NCBI GenBank assembly: GCA_022449945.1
Contig: JAKURM010000003.1
Coordinates: 1-61,473 of the forward strand
Origin: Candidatus Thalassarchaeum sp.
GTDB lineage: Archaea; Thermoplasmatota; Poseidoniia; Poseidoniales; Thalassarchaeaceae
DNA length: 61,473 nucleotides
Direction of reading: 5' to 3'
Part shown: positions 43,918 to 54,766 of the stretch, piece by piece
Layout: the number at the start of each line of letters is the position of its first letter
Position numbering within the stretch: position 1 is the stretch's first letter
The notes under the pieces: model-generated
Seen by the model: only the letters and a program-made list of their open reading frames with translations
Told to the model about the DNA's origin: nothing
The model's database searches: none
Made by a program: the position numbers and the translations under genes

Positions 43918-45054
43918 TCACCTGTCCGTCTCCCCGATGCAAGGATCGAATGAGCCCATTATGGCTGGAATGTCTGCGACCTTGTACCCGACCATGCACT
44001 TCGAGGCATAAGGTATGGTGATGAACATTGGAGACCGGATCGAGACTCTGTATGGCTGCTTTCCTCGGCTCTCTCCGCCACCAGCAATGTAGAACATCGA
44101 TTCACCTCTGCTGTCTTCGAAGTGATGGAATCCTGATGTCCCCTCGGGAGCCCTGCTTGGAGCCTTGGCAAGAATTGCTGGATCTCCCGGTTCGTGGTAT
44201 GTGTCAGCGCCTCCTGGAATCTTGTCCAACGCCTCCAGAACCATGGTCGCACTGACTCGCATCTCCTCGACCCTGACTCTGTACCTGTCGTAGCAGTCTG
44301 CACCCTTGATCGATGGTCGCTCGACGGGTGGCTCCCAGTCGAGTTCGCTGTACACGGAGTATGGGTGTGCTGTCCTGACATCGTAGTTGACTCCTCCAGC
44401 ACGGAGGTTTGGGCCGGTAACTCCGTGGTTGACCATCTCCTCGGGCTTTGAGTATCCTACTCCCTGCGTCCTGATCAGGAAGATGGTGCTCTCGTCGAAA
44501 AGGGCCTCGTACTCTTGGATTCTGCTTAGGAACAGGCTAACCTTGGCACGTGCGCGTTGGGCGAATCCATGGGGGAGGTCCCTCTTCACCCCACCGACTC
44601 GGGGGAAATTGTAGTGCATCCTAGAACCACCCAACTCCTGGAGTAGATCCATCATCATCTCGCGCTCGCGCAGACACCAAACCATGATTGAGAGGTTCCC
44701 GATATCAGGGCCGTAAGCACCTAGCCACATCAGGTGGGATGCGATTCTCTGAAGCTCTATCGCGATAAGTCGGATGTACTCTGCCCTCTCTGGTACCTCT
44801 ACCTCTAGGAGGTCCTCAACCGCGTAAATGTAGGAGTGGGACCAAGTGTTGGCACTGGCATAGCAGAGTCTGTCGCAGTAGGTGGTGATTTGGGTGAAGT
44901 CCCTCGCCTCGCAAATCTTCTCAACGCCTCGATGGATATACCCTAGGTCGGGCTCTGTGTCGACCACCGTCTCGCCGTCGACCTTCACCTTCAATGTCCA
45001 AAGGCCGTGAGTCATTGGGTGCTGTGGCCCCATTGAAATCCACATTTCTGCCAT
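43918..45054 (-). CDS. nuoD: NADH-quinone oxidoreductase subunit D
   Basis: MGPQHPMTHGLWTL, GYIHRGVEK, DRLCYASA and a C-terminus DIPAIMGSFDPCIGETDR. Confidence 0.95.
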   Translation of the reverse strand: MAEMWISMGPQHPMTHGLWTLKVKVDGETVVDTEPDLGYIHRGVEKICEARDFTQITTYCDRLCYASANTWSHSYIYAVEDLLEVEVPERAEYIRLIAIELQRIASHLMWLGAYGPDIGNLSIMVWCLREREMMMDLLQELGGSRMHYNFPRVGGVKRDLPHGFAQRARAKVSLFLSRIQEYEALFDESTIFLIRTQGVGYSKPEEMVNHGVTGPNLRAGGVNYDVRTAHPYSVYSELDWEPPVERPSIKGADCYDRYRVRVEEMRVSATMVLEALDKIPGGADTYHEPGDPAILAKAPSRAPEGTSGFHHFEDSRGESMFYIAGGGESRGKQPYRVSIRSPMFITIPYASKCMVGYKVADIPAIMGSFDPCIGETDR

Positions 45055-45063
45055 TTTCTCTCC

Positions 45064-45723
45064 TCACTTTATCTTGCCAGAATCTGCTGGCTTCCGCAGG
45101 AATCCTTGAGCATCATCGTACATCTCCTCGAAGTCGTGGTATCGAAGCTTGTGCTGCTTCTGAAGGGGATGGAATCCAGAGGGGGTCTCATGTGGCTGGA
45201 GGACCCTTCTCATTCCGATGTGACCCTCGAAGTCGATCCCGACCAAGTCCCAAGTCTCCTTCTCGTTCCAGTCCGCACCAATCCATATGTCCTGGACGGT
45301 GGGGACTGAGGGTTCCCTAGTTTCCGGGATTGGGACGCTTACCTCGATTTCTAGAGGGACCTGCTTACCGCTAACTGTGGTTGGATCCACTATTATCGGC
45401 TCTATCATTCCATCAGTGACGGGTGGGTCATTTATTGCCATCCTTAGGAAGTGGTATACGACCTCCCAATTCTTCTCTGGGCTTCCATCTGGCCAGTGAA
45501 TTCCTGTAATCATGGAGCAGTAGTCCACGTCATGCTCGTCGCATAGGCACACGGCCAGGTTTCTCCAGCTACCAGGGAGGCACTCGACTGATACAACGCT
45601 TCGAGGACTAGTGCCGCTTTTCCTCTCTGATACCTCCGCAGAGACGCCTTCTATTGAGGAAATGGCTGTTGCCATGTCCTCAGCAGCGGACCTCTGTACG
45701 GACGTGGGTACGACCTTGCCCAT
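45064..45723 (-). CDS. nuoC: NADH-quinone oxidoreductase subunit C
   Basis: Position in the operon, plus ADWNEKETWDLVGIDFEGHIGMRRVL (NuoC/30-kDa signature). Confidence 0.85.
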   Translation of the reverse strand: MGKVVPTSVQRSAAEDMATAISSIEGVSAEVSERKSGTSPRSVVSVECLPGSWRNLAVCLCDEHDVDYCSMITGIHWPDGSPEKNWEVVYHFLRMAINDPPVTDGMIEPIIVDPTTVSGKQVPLEIEVSVPIPETREPSVPTVQDIWIGADWNEKETWDLVGIDFEGHIGMRRVLQPHETPSGFHPLQKQHKLRYHDFEEMYDDAQGFLRKPADSGKIK

Positions 45724-45725
45724 AC

Positions 45726-46331
45726 TCAGTCCTCCTGATCGTCCCCGATGATGATAGGATTGAGTGATTCTGGAGTTCCGTCGTTCGGAAGAGCGCCTAT
45801 TCGGATTATCTTCTGCCTAAGCTTATCGAAGCCGTCAATCAGGGCCTCTGGGCGTGGAGGGCAACCGGGAATGTAGACATCTACGGGAATCACCGTATCT
45901 ACTCCCTCCAATATGTTGTAGGATTGGAAGTAGGGGCCTCCAGAGATTGCGCATTCCCCCATCGCTATGCACCACTTCGGCTCAGGCAGCTGTTCCCATA
46001 GCCTTACGATGGGGTCGGCGAACTTCTTGCTTATCGGGCCGTTTACTAGTAGAACGTCGCACTGCCGGGGGCTAGACCTGAAGAAGACGCCGAACCTTTC
46101 GGCGTCGAACCTACTTGCCCCGGCAGCGGCCATCTCCAATGCGCAGCACTTTATCCCCAGATGGAGAGGGAATAGGGACTTTCGTTGGCTCCAGTTGAAA
46201 ACTCGTCCTGCTAGGACTCCGATTACGTCCTTTATGCGACTGGCTCTCATGGCCTCATCGGTTATGTCTCCCACCGTATCAATAAGCATCCTGCTGTTGA
46301 AAACCGAGTAGTTCTGCCCTTCATCTGTCAT
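45726..46331 (-). CDS. nuoB: NADH-quinone oxidoreductase subunit B
   Basis: CCALEM, MGECAISGGP and the GCPPRPE cluster-N2 ligand motifs. Confidence 0.95.
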   Translation of the reverse strand: MTDEGQNYSVFNSRMLIDTVGDITDEAMRASRIKDVIGVLAGRVFNWSQRKSLFPLHLGIKCCALEMAAAGASRFDAERFGVFFRSSPRQCDVLLVNGPISKKFADPIVRLWEQLPEPKWCIAMGECAISGGPYFQSYNILEGVDTVIPVDVYIPGCPPRPEALIDGFDKLRQKIIRIGALPNDGTPESLNPIIIGDDQED

Positions 46332-46341
46332 TTACAGCACC

Positions 46342-46857
46342 TCAGATGTATATTCTTCCCCTCTTCCTGAAAACATGCCAGACTCCCAGCGACATTAGTA
46401 CCATGAAGGCCGTCATCGTTAGCAGAGCAGATGTTATCGCCCCCTCGTCGAGGAAGGATCCTTTGCCCTTCTCTATCGCCATAACCCCCCCGAACGCCAG
46501 GAACATGAATGCAATATCGAAGACTAGGAAAATGATCGCATACCAATAGTATTGGAAATGGAAGTTGATGTCTGCATCGCCCACCGGATCAGCGCCGCAT
46601 TCGTAGGTGCTATCCCTACGGATGTACAGGCTGTGGTCTACCTCATATCCAGGTAGTAGAATTGATCTGGTTTTGTTTACGTCCGAGCCTTTTGTGGTTG
46701 GCCTAAGGAACCTCGTTGCAAAGAAGCTGAAGACGGGGAATCCGATTCCAACGAGCGTCATGACGGCTACGGGCAAGTACATCTCGGTCACAGTAGACAT
46801 GGCATCACCCTCGGTCCCGTAGGGACCGATGAGTACCGCCACGAAAATTCCGGACAT
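46342..46857 (-). CDS. nuoA: NADH-quinone oxidoreductase subunit A (extended)
   Basis: First gene of the nuo block. It has 3 TM and YECG...F.FQYYWYAIIFLVFDIAFMFL (the ND3 signature YECGF...FD.E is partly kept). Confidence 0.75.
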   Translation of the reverse strand: MSGIFVAVLIGPYGTEGDAMSTVTEMYLPVAVMTLVGIGFPVFSFFATRFLRPTTKGSDVNKTRSILLPGYEVDHSLYIRRDSTYECGADPVGDADINFHFQYYWYAIIFLVFDIAFMFLAFGGVMAIEKGKGSFLDEGAITSALLTMTAFMVLMSLGVWHVFRKRGRIYI

Positions 46858-46887
46858 AAGCGTATCCGAGTGGGAGCCTTGGGGAGG

Positions 46888-49569
46888 CTACTCGTCTAAC
46901 TCTACCCTGAGTGTATCTGAAAGCATCCTGTTCTCGACCCTGGTACGGGCGAACAGGTAGGTTACGGATAGCGAGCCAACTAGGATTACTGCAATTGCAA
47001 TGGCCTTCTGGGTATCACTGGAAATTGAGCCGACGCCCACACTGGACTCGACCGTCAGGTCGATTGGTTCGCCTGCAACTGGCATCCCCTTTGGCTGTAC
47101 GGTGACAGTGAACGTGTACTCGTCGTCGGAAATCAGATTGCTCGGTGGGGTAACTCGTACCTTGACTTCCCTGGTCTGTCCAGGATCGAGCTTGAACTCG
47201 TCTCCGATGACATCGACTGTCCAACCACGGAGTGAGTCGCTGGTAAGGACCTCGATTTCCTCCTCGATATTGCCATGGTTTGTCACGAAAATCTCGAACT
47301 CCATGTGTTCCGGGTAATTGGCACTGAGGGACTCGGTGGTCTCCATGTCCAACTGCTGGGTGTGTATTGCTCGGATATCCATTGCGATTTCCACGTAAGA
47401 GGGAAGTTGTCCAGTGTTCTTCTTGGAGGTGACGCGTATCGTTATGACGCCGGAAGCCCCGCTCTCTACCTCCAATACCTCGAACTCCACTACGACCAAT
47501 GTCTGACCCTCGGAGGGAATGGAGACCTCCCCGTCTACGTCGATCCCTCCAACCTTGATGGTTCGGACTACAGAAGAGTCTAGTCCCGTGATTGAGAAAA
47601 CAGCATCGTCTGCTCCTCCGTCTCCGGTATTGGTGACCAAAAGTGAGACTGAGGTAGAGCCCCCGGGTGGTAGTGACATTACCATAGAGTTGGGGTCCTC
47701 CCCAGGGCTCTCGAACGCTACTGACATACTGTAGTTGAAGTTGGAGACGGTGGACGTGAGTACGTGTTTAAGGAGGACCTGGGTACCGACAATTCCGATT
47801 CTAACCTCGAAGGACTCCGACTTGTTGTTGATATTGTCTGAGATCAGTACCTCTAGGAAAATCTGCACCTCCTGATCTGATTCGAGGGCCATCATCGAGA
47901 CTTCGTTGCCCTCAGTGTCCTTGTAGCGAGTGGCCCACTTGGTTTCCCCGCAGTCGTCAGCGATGTCTGGATCACAGGACGTTAGGGCGAATGTGTCCTG
48001 AATGTTACCCGTGTTAGTCAGATGTATCGGGAATGCCACCCACTGACCGAACCTGCCAGTCTGTGAATCCGAGGGGATCTGGATCCTACCATCATGGACT
48101 GGGGTCACGGTGACCGTCGCAATAATCTCGTCATGAGTAGTTCCCTGAGAGGCGACTGTGAAGGTTACCTCGTACTCTATTCCAGCTTTCGCTTCGGCTG
48201 GAACTGTAATTTCGACAACCACGTTTTCCCTGTCGCAGTTTGTGCTTGATGTGCAGTGTCTGCCGTCGATGGTAATGGTCGTCTGAGTAAGCTGAACCTG
48301 CCATCCTGGAGTGAGGTCCTTTACACCCAGTGCGAAGGTGTCCTGCCCATTTCCTGTATTAGTTATCTGGAGAACCGTGTCTCCGGTGCCACCCGGGTCA
48401 ACGTTGTTCATGGAAGGGTTAGAGAGGCTGAGTGAAGCGTCCCTTACTTGGCCCAAGTTGACCCTGAGTAATGACTCGCAACCTATGTTGCTTCCCGCCC
48501 TGCCCTGTATGTAGACATCTACAGAACCGGGCTCTACTGAGTCGTCAGGGGTGATTACAAATTGGAATGTTGTTGAGTCCTGGGAACCTCCGGGCTCTGA
48601 GAGAAGTCGGCTGGTCGGAGTGTCGAAGTCGACCCAGTCGCTCACGTCTATTCCCTCTGACATTGCGAAGGAGCTTACTGTCCAGGCCGTGTTACCGGTG
48701 TTTGTCAGTGAAAACGAATTTGTTGCAGAATCACCAGGTTGTAGGGTGTGCGAGTTGTGCTGTAGTGAAGACTCGCAAGTCTTGACCTCCGGGATGTTCA
48801 ACTTTAGTTCAATGCTGTCATTCGCCTGGTCCAACGTGTTCGGATCGTTGGTGACTGTTGCCTCGAGTATGAAGCAGTGCTCACCCGACTCTGTCGAGCT
48901 TCCATCGGGGAGGTCGACGTTGACAGTCGCGGTCTCAGACTCGTCGGAGTTCAGGTTCATTGTCTGCGGCTCCACCGTTGCCTCGAGCCCATCGGAGTCG
49001 CAGTCACTGGAAGAAGCGATGCTTAGTTGGATGTTCGAGTTGTCCTGCTCTCCTGTGTTTTTTACGTCGACCGTCCACTCCTCGTTGTCGTCATCTCCAT
49101 CGTAGTTGATGTTGCCATTCCCAGGCGTGATGTAACTGAGTTTTACTGCGTACTGCCCTCCTCCTTCGGCCGAGGTGGTGACTTCGATATCCTGCTGGGC
49201 TTGACCTCCAAAATAGGTTCCAGTTGCTCTTACAGTAGTGCGGCAGTCTCCGGAGGCCTGGTCATTGATGCTGACTGTCAGGGTCTTCTCCTCTGTATCT
49301 CCTTCGTTCAATGAGAAAGGCGCAGTGTCTACTGTAGAGGTGAAGCCATTGCATTCATCGGTTTCCTGGGATGTGGAGAGAGTTACGGTAAGGTCCTCAT
49401 CCCCGTCATTTGTGATGAAAATCGTGTACTCCGCAGGGTCATCTGTGGTTGCCTCCTTGGCCAGGGAGTCTGCTGACATGGCTATTGAGGCTGCGGCAGT
49501 GGCACTAGGGGAAATCACCGAGACAAGCAACAGGGCGACGAATAAGTTCGCCAAAACGGACCTTCTCAT
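46888..49569 (-). CDS. Large secreted, C-terminally membrane-anchored surface protein with repeated CARDB/Ig-like beta-sandwich modules
   Basis: Signal peptide MRRSVLANLFVALLLVSVISPSATA. Recurring T/N-rich module motifs (ITNDGDEDLT, LTNTGNTAWT, ITNTGNGQDTF, LTNTGNIQDTF, VTNTGDGG, VTNHGNIEE). C-terminal TM IAIAVILVGSLSVTYLF plus a short tail. Confidence 0.7.
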   Translation of the reverse strand: MRRSVLANLFVALLLVSVISPSATAAASIAMSADSLAKEATTDDPAEYTIFITNDGDEDLTVTLSTSQETDECNGFTSTVDTAPFSLNEGDTEEKTLTVSINDQASGDCRTTVRATGTYFGGQAQQDIEVTTSAEGGGQYAVKLSYITPGNGNINYDGDDDNEEWTVDVKNTGEQDNSNIQLSIASSSDCDSDGLEATVEPQTMNLNSDESETATVNVDLPDGSSTESGEHCFILEATVTNDPNTLDQANDSIELKLNIPEVKTCESSLQHNSHTLQPGDSATNSFSLTNTGNTAWTVSSFAMSEGIDVSDWVDFDTPTSRLLSEPGGSQDSTTFQFVITPDDSVEPGSVDVYIQGRAGSNIGCESLLRVNLGQVRDASLSLSNPSMNNVDPGGTGDTVLQITNTGNGQDTFALGVKDLTPGWQVQLTQTTITIDGRHCTSSTNCDRENVVVEITVPAEAKAGIEYEVTFTVASQGTTHDEIIATVTVTPVHDGRIQIPSDSQTGRFGQWVAFPIHLTNTGNIQDTFALTSCDPDIADDCGETKWATRYKDTEGNEVSMMALESDQEVQIFLEVLISDNINNKSESFEVRIGIVGTQVLLKHVLTSTVSNFNYSMSVAFESPGEDPNSMVMSLPPGGSTSVSLLVTNTGDGGADDAVFSITGLDSSVVRTIKVGGIDVDGEVSIPSEGQTLVVVEFEVLEVESGASGVITIRVTSKKNTGQLPSYVEIAMDIRAIHTQQLDMETTESLSANYPEHMEFEIFVTNHGNIEEEIEVLTSDSLRGWTVDVIGDEFKLDPGQTREVKVRVTPPSNLISDDEYTFTVTVQPKGMPVAGEPIDLTVESSVGVGSISSDTQKAIAIAVILVGSLSVTYLFARTRVENRMLSDTLRVELDE

Positions 49570-49618
49570 CGTCCCACCGAGCCATTCGCCCCTCTAAGGG
49601 CTTCGGGCTCATAGTGCG

Positions 49619-52600
49619 TCAATTATCACGATTAATGAGGTACGAATGAAATGCGAGGCAGGGGGGCCCTTCATCATAATCTGGGTCTGGGACCCATTCC
49701 TCCTTGGATGAGTCCCATAGCCATCCAGGGTAGTCTGAGTAGCTCTCCAGGTTGCCCTGGACATCCTCGTGGGTTGTGTTTCCCACCGGGGGTGAGGCCA
49801 TGGTCCCCCCTGAGTGAGACTCAAGTTCGATTTCGGCACCTGAATTCTCGGATCCGGTAATATCTCCCAACAGCTTACTGATGTCTCCACCCGATCTGGA
49901 GAATGCGAATAGGGCTGCTCCTGCAGCCGAGGAAATCAATAGGAATAGCCCCAGAATGTAAAGGAATGCGGATGAGCCGTCACCCGATGAGTCCGAAATG
50001 ACGTCGATTTGCATCGAGTATTCCATTCCCGAAACGTCATCTGCGTCCGCCAGCATTAGGGAAATCTCGGCATCTGAACCAGTGTTTGGGGTGAATGCAA
50101 CCTGTACCGACCTAGCCTCTCCGGGCTGTAGGGTTACCAGTACACCATCTAGGATCCTGATGCCCCAACCAGATGGCCCATTGGTGACTAGTCTGTTTGA
50201 GATCACTGTGTTTCCTGTGTTTGTCAGAGTGAAATAGAGAGTGGTTGAATATCCTTCGTTTGCCTCGTTGAAGTTGTCCAGCTTCCATTCAACCTCCTTT
50301 ACTGTCTCGACCAGGAGAGAGATGGTCCTCCTGGATTCTATCCCCTCCCCGGACAGAACCATCACCACTTCTGGCTCCGAACCAGCCTCTTCGTGCTCCG
50401 GAATCACGATTGTGCACCAAACCATTGATGTCTCCCCTGGACCTATCCTAGGTGGGTTGACTAAGCAGGATGACGACCAGTCCTGGTCAGGGAGTTCCAT
50501 GCTTGCAGATGGATCCCAGTTTGAAGTGCCCTCGTTCACAACTCTCCATCCCAACTCGAAGCCCGGGCTTCCGACAGGATGGGCCCCTAGTCCGAGTGGG
50601 TTGGAAGATGATTCGAAGCTAGAGCCAAGAGGGAACACTACCTCATGGAATGATACACTTGGAATTGCTCCAGAGACCACATCCAGAGTGGTGTTCCAGT
50701 CGAAGTAGTCACCGTCCTCGACTAAGAATCTGACTTCGAAAAGGCCTCCGGCAGCCAGACCATTGCCCTGAATCGAGAATGTCCATTGTGACGATGTGCC
50801 CCTTGAGACCTGCAGCTCCTGGAGGCCTGCTTCTACCGACCAGCCCCCTGGAAGAGACCTGATAATCGGGGTAATCGTAAGATCTCGGTTTCCTTGGTTG
50901 GAAATCTGGATTGGGATTTGGTGCAGCGAGTCGGCTGGGACTCCGGCATCATTGCCCCCCGATGGTGGGGTGAACTCAATCGAGTCGAATGCGGAGACTA
51001 GCAGAGGAAGGTCGTAAGTCCAAACCTCTGAGCTCACTCTTGACTTGACGAGGAGCTGCGTTGTGAATGTGGAACCGGCTTGGATCATCGTTCCCGGGGG
51101 GGTCACGGAGCCTCCTGCTGAAATTGTGGCATCCTTTGCCATGGTCCCTGTGGATCCTTGGTCAGAGCCTGGGAAAGGCCCGAGTTCGTCGAATCCTACC
51201 TCCCAACCTGCTGGTGAGACAAGTTCGACGTCATATGTCTGTGCGCCATTTCCAAGGTTAGTTATGTCAAGGGAGATGTTCGTGATTTCGAAGGTGTCCA
51301 CGGGTATCGTCTCAGATGGCAGGCTGACCCCTGGCTGGGCCAGGACGGGTACGTCAAAGAATATCTCTAGTTGGGATTCCACATCGTACTCGATGTCTGT
51401 CGATGTCACTACCATTGCATATGTTCCCGGATCTGGTGGACTCGGGTGAACGAGAGTCAGATTCACAGTTGTTGATGCTGCCGGGCCCAGGTTAACCTCG
51501 TACTTGTCGAATGATTTGAACCAGTCAAAGGATGTCCCATCGATCGTCCGTATCGGACTCGAGACGTCGATAGTCGCATTCGTCTCGAAAAGGGCCAGGT
51601 TGGTCATCGTAATCTCCCAAGAAGTAGTGGCATCAGAAGCGTCCTCTAGTGTTCTCCAGGGATTCTCGGTTGAAGCCTGGATCCCAGGTGCGCTTACCAG
51701 GATGTTCTGAGTCAACACGTTGTTGTCTTCGTATAGCTCCTCTAGCTGGTCATTTGGATCTATCTCGATCCTAATCTCAGTGTCCACGGCGAATTGGGGC
51801 GTCCAATCCCACTCTAGTTGGATGTCCTCGCCTGGGGACATTCCGAGGCTCTGGGTTCCCAGCAAGTTACTGTTGATGTATGCTGAAACGAAAACCTCTG
51901 GGAATGATCCAGAACCTTGGTTGACTACGGTTACTGAGAACTGGGTCAATTCTCCTACCTGTGGGATAGGTGTAGAAATCTCGAATGATTCTGGTAGGAT
52001 TGCCGGGTCGGGGGTTAGGTCGTTCACGTTGACGCCCCTTACGGCTATAGCGAACGGCTGTTGTGAACGGCTTCCTCCGTGGGAGAAATCCTTTACCTTG
52101 ACGTTCCAGATTCCCAGTGATGCGGAGTCTATCAGTACCACTTCGACATTGTTCTTGTTATCCTTAGATCCACCAGTAGTAGACTTCCCGTTGGCGAAGT
52201 CATTGCCGAGGTATGTTACCATTCCATTAGGGGAAGTGACTTCGAGATTCAGGTCGTTTCTGAGTTGGGTCCCTGAGAATGTCGACCCTGGGTAATCTGA
52301 CCATGCCAGGACTACCTTCAGAGGCTCTCCCGCCCTAGTAATTTCGAAGTTGTAAGAGGCCTCTTGACCGCTTGATAGGCGAGATCGGTCGTCGACGAAA
52401 ATCCCAACGTCGTTATCGGGAATGAGGGTGTTGACTAGATTTAGCCTGCCCCAACCCTCGTCATTGTTGGGGATGTCCCGCGTACCCATGTCCTCGGCCC
52501 CTAGGATTAGTAGGGCCTTGACAAGGGCGCCCTGGGGGGCCGGTCTCTCGGCTATTTCCATCAGGTACTCTCGAACAAGTGCAGATGCTCCCGCGGCTGC

Positions 52601-54142
52601 CGGAGTGGCCATTGAAGTGCCACTGTACTCGACGTACCAAGGGTCGTTGATGTTGTTTGGAGCCTCGGTTGCCTCCTGGGCCCTGCAAGATCTGATGTAG
52701 TCCCCCGGGGCAACAATGTCGGGCTTTATCCTGCCGTCGTCAGTTGGCCCCCTGCTGCTCCAATAGTACATCTCGTCGGCTGCGTTGTTGCTGTATCTGT
52801 TTACATGTGCCCCGACTGTGATTACGTTCTTTGCAGTACCAGGAGGTGATACCCCGTCATCCCTCTCGTTCCCGGCAGCAAAAAGAACTGCCATTCCGTC
52901 ATACAACCAGTACTGATCCCAGGTGGATGTTCTGTCGTCCGCGTCCTCGGACTGGGTGGTGTAGTCCCCTCCCGAATCAAATGAGCCCCAGCTGTTCGTG
53001 TGGATTCTGGCGCTACCAGAACTGTAAGCAGAGTTCAGCAGTGAGTAGACTCCGGGACCGGAAAGCTGCCCGGTGTTGTCATTCTCCATCGCCTGCATGT
53101 AGAGCTGGGCCTCCGGTGCAACTCCCTCATAGCTGCTAGTTCTCGAACCAGAGCCCAGAACTGTACATGACACGTGGGTTCCGTGGCCATCGTTTGTGTC
53201 AGCTGTCGAGCCGTCATTTGCCACATCCACCCTCTGGACGATTCTGTTGCCGAAATCTCCGTGATCGTGGTCAATGCCAGTGTCTGCGACGCCTACGGTC
53301 TGGCCGCTTCCATTCAGACCAGTGAAGAAGAATGTCTCTACAGTGTTAATCTCCATATGGCTCCTAGCAAGGTTGTTCGAAGTGGATAGAACGGGAGTCA
53401 GTGAAATGTACGAAACCTGTGGATTCATCGCGATCTCAAAGATTTGATTTTGGCCAATGGTCCCGACGTGAATCCCAGTTCCTGGAGACCAGTGCCCCCC
53501 CAACGACTCAATCGCCAGTTCCGAGAGTTTCCCCCCGATTCCTACACCAGTGGTGTCGAGCCTGTTGAGTTCCGTGTCCTTCCATCCGGTTCGTTCGCCC
53601 TCCTTTTGTGAGTGTGGCTCGGCGAGCCAAAGCTGCTTGTCGACCAATAGGGCCAGGGGAACGACGTGGCTTGATTCGATAACGGGCAGGGAGGCGACCT
53701 TCTGTAGTTCTCCTTCGGAACCTTGTATTAGAAATCCGGAAGGCGGAATTGTGGATCTTATGGTGGCACCGGTTGATTCAATGATTTCGTTCCTGGCCTC
53801 CCAGAGACCTGTTTCACCATCTACAACAACAATTCGCAAATCTGAGCGGGCTTCCTGTAGTTCATCCGGAATTTCATCGGAGAGGATAAGGCCACCGTTT
53901 GTGAAAACGCCTATCGAAGAGTCGGCCCATGGATCCCTAGAGCCTTCTTCTCCAGTGGAAATTACGGGCTTTCCCAAATCACGAATGCTGTCTGGATCGG
54001 GAGAAATCTCGAATCTGCTTGTTGACGCACCCATATCGTGGATTTCCTCGCCCACCCCTTCCTCTTGCATCGCTATTGGCGATAGAGAAGACAGCATGAG
54101 AACTAGGATAAGTAGAGGTACGTTCTTTCCCATCTGCCTCAA
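49619..54142 (-). CDS. Giant membrane-anchored subtilisin-like serine protease (S8) with CARDB-like repeats and a cytoplasmic tail
   Basis: Signal peptide. Catalytic triad blocks VGVADTGIDHDH, DGHGTHVSCT and SGTSMATPAAAGASALV. A P-domain-like segment (LKVVLAWSDYPGS...NDLNLEV), many VxNxG(S/N) beta-sandwich modules, a C-terminal TM (LYILGLFLLISSAAGAALFAF) and a 93-aa tail. Confidence 0.9.
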   Translation of the reverse strand: MRQMGKNVPLLILVLMLSSLSPIAMQEEGVGEEIHDMGASTSRFEISPDPDSIRDLGKPVISTGEEGSRDPWADSSIGVFTNGGLILSDEIPDELQEARSDLRIVVVDGETGLWEARNEIIESTGATIRSTIPPSGFLIQGSEGELQKVASLPVIESSHVVPLALLVDKQLWLAEPHSQKEGERTGWKDTELNRLDTTGVGIGGKLSELAIESLGGHWSPGTGIHVGTIGQNQIFEIAMNPQVSYISLTPVLSTSNNLARSHMEINTVETFFFTGLNGSGQTVGVADTGIDHDHGDFGNRIVQRVDVANDGSTADTNDGHGTHVSCTVLGSGSRTSSYEGVAPEAQLYMQAMENDNTGQLSGPGVYSLLNSAYSSGSARIHTNSWGSFDSGGDYTTQSEDADDRTSTWDQYWLYDGMAVLFAAGNERDDGVSPPGTAKNVITVGAHVNRYSNNAADEMYYWSSRGPTDDGRIKPDIVAPGDYIRSCRAQEATEAPNNINDPWYVEYSGTSMATPAAAGASALVREYLMEIAERPAPQGALVKALLILGAEDMGTRDIPNNDEGWGRLNLVNTLIPDNDVGIFVDDRSRLSSGQEASYNFEITRAGEPLKVVLAWSDYPGSTFSGTQLRNDLNLEVTSPNGMVTYLGNDFANGKSTTGGSKDNKNNVEVVLIDSASLGIWNVKVKDFSHGGSRSQQPFAIAVRGVNVNDLTPDPAILPESFEISTPIPQVGELTQFSVTVVNQGSGSFPEVFVSAYINSNLLGTQSLGMSPGEDIQLEWDWTPQFAVDTEIRIEIDPNDQLEELYEDNNVLTQNILVSAPGIQASTENPWRTLEDASDATTSWEITMTNLALFETNATIDVSSPIRTIDGTSFDWFKSFDKYEVNLGPAASTTVNLTLVHPSPPDPGTYAMVVTSTDIEYDVESQLEIFFDVPVLAQPGVSLPSETIPVDTFEITNISLDITNLGNGAQTYDVELVSPAGWEVGFDELGPFPGSDQGSTGTMAKDATISAGGSVTPPGTMIQAGSTFTTQLLVKSRVSSEVWTYDLPLLVSAFDSIEFTPPSGGNDAGVPADSLHQIPIQISNQGNRDLTITPIIRSLPGGWSVEAGLQELQVSRGTSSQWTFSIQGNGLAAGGLFEVRFLVEDGDYFDWNTTLDVVSGAIPSVSFHEVVFPLGSSFESSSNPLGLGAHPVGSPGFELGWRVVNEGTSNWDPSASMELPDQDWSSSCLVNPPRIGPGETSMVWCTIVIPEHEEAGSEPEVVMVLSGEGIESRRTISLLVETVKEVEWKLDNFNEANEGYSTTLYFTLTNTGNTVISNRLVTNGPSGWGIRILDGVLVTLQPGEARSVQVAFTPNTGSDAEISLMLADADDVSGMEYSMQIDVISDSSGDGSSAFLYILGLFLLISSAAGAALFAFSRSGGDISKLLGDITGSENSGAEIELESHSGGTMASPPVGNTTHEDVQGNLESYSDYPGWLWDSSKEEWVPDPDYDEGPPCLAFHSYLINRDN

Positions 54143-54202
54143 TCCCTTTTCGAATTCGATTTGATTCTATGGGTTTGTCGTCATTCAATCTAGTCATGTT
54201 TC

Positions 54203-54766
54203 CTAGAACATTTTGAATTGGGCTTCATCAACGAAAACCTCCCTCGTCCACTCTCCAACGTCATGATTCCAAACCTCCGAGTTTCTACCTCCATAGAAGC
54301 GGTAATCCAGAGAAATCTCGACAGTGTAGTGTTCCCAGACAGACTGACCAAGGACAACCATCTCCAAATCGTCATTTGGAGTATTCGAGATAGAGCTGTG
54401 TGCTGGTAATTCTTCCATGTAGAAGTCGTGGCGGCCAACTTCGATCCCATCGGAGTCAAGGAGCCTCATGGTTACTGTGACGTCCTCGATTGCGCGGCTG
54501 CCCTTATTGTCTAGTTCGGCCAAAACAACATGTCCGGATGCCGATTGCATGTATGCCACGTCCATATCCACATTGTCATACGGTACAATCCAAATCAGGA
54601 CGAAAATTGAGGAGGATGCTATCAAGAATGCGATAATGGACGCAATTACGACTCGTGCGGGAGTCACGACATCAATAGCCCTGTCTCCTAACTTCTCGAG
54701 GATGACATGCGCGGTATCCACATCTTGCTCGCTCGCTTCTGTACGAAGCCTTCCCAGGAAACCCAT
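54203..54766 (-). CDS. Single-pass membrane protein with a beta-rich ectodomain, unknown function
   Basis: 187 aa with TM VVIASIIAFLIASSSIFVLIWIV. The ATG overlaps the stop of the upstream giant gene by 1 nt. Confidence 0.5.
   Translation of the reverse strand: MGFLGRLRTEASEQDVDTAHVILEKLGDRAIDVVTPARVVIASIIAFLIASSSIFVLIWIVPYDNVDMDVAYMQSASGHVVLAELDNKGSRAIEDVTVTMRLLDSDGIEVGRHDFYMEELPAHSSISNTPNDDLEMVVLGQSVWEHYTVEISLDYRFYGGRNSEVWNHDVGEWTREVFVDEAQFKMF

Noticed and set aside
46858-46887. Only 30 nt, with no TATA-like box, lie between the 893-aa surface-protein stop and nuoA. This suggested that nuo is transcribed from the surface-protein operon.
   Set aside because: A promoter could lie inside the upstream coding sequence. 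This cannot be judged from sequence alone, so it is mentioned only under the surface-locus finding.
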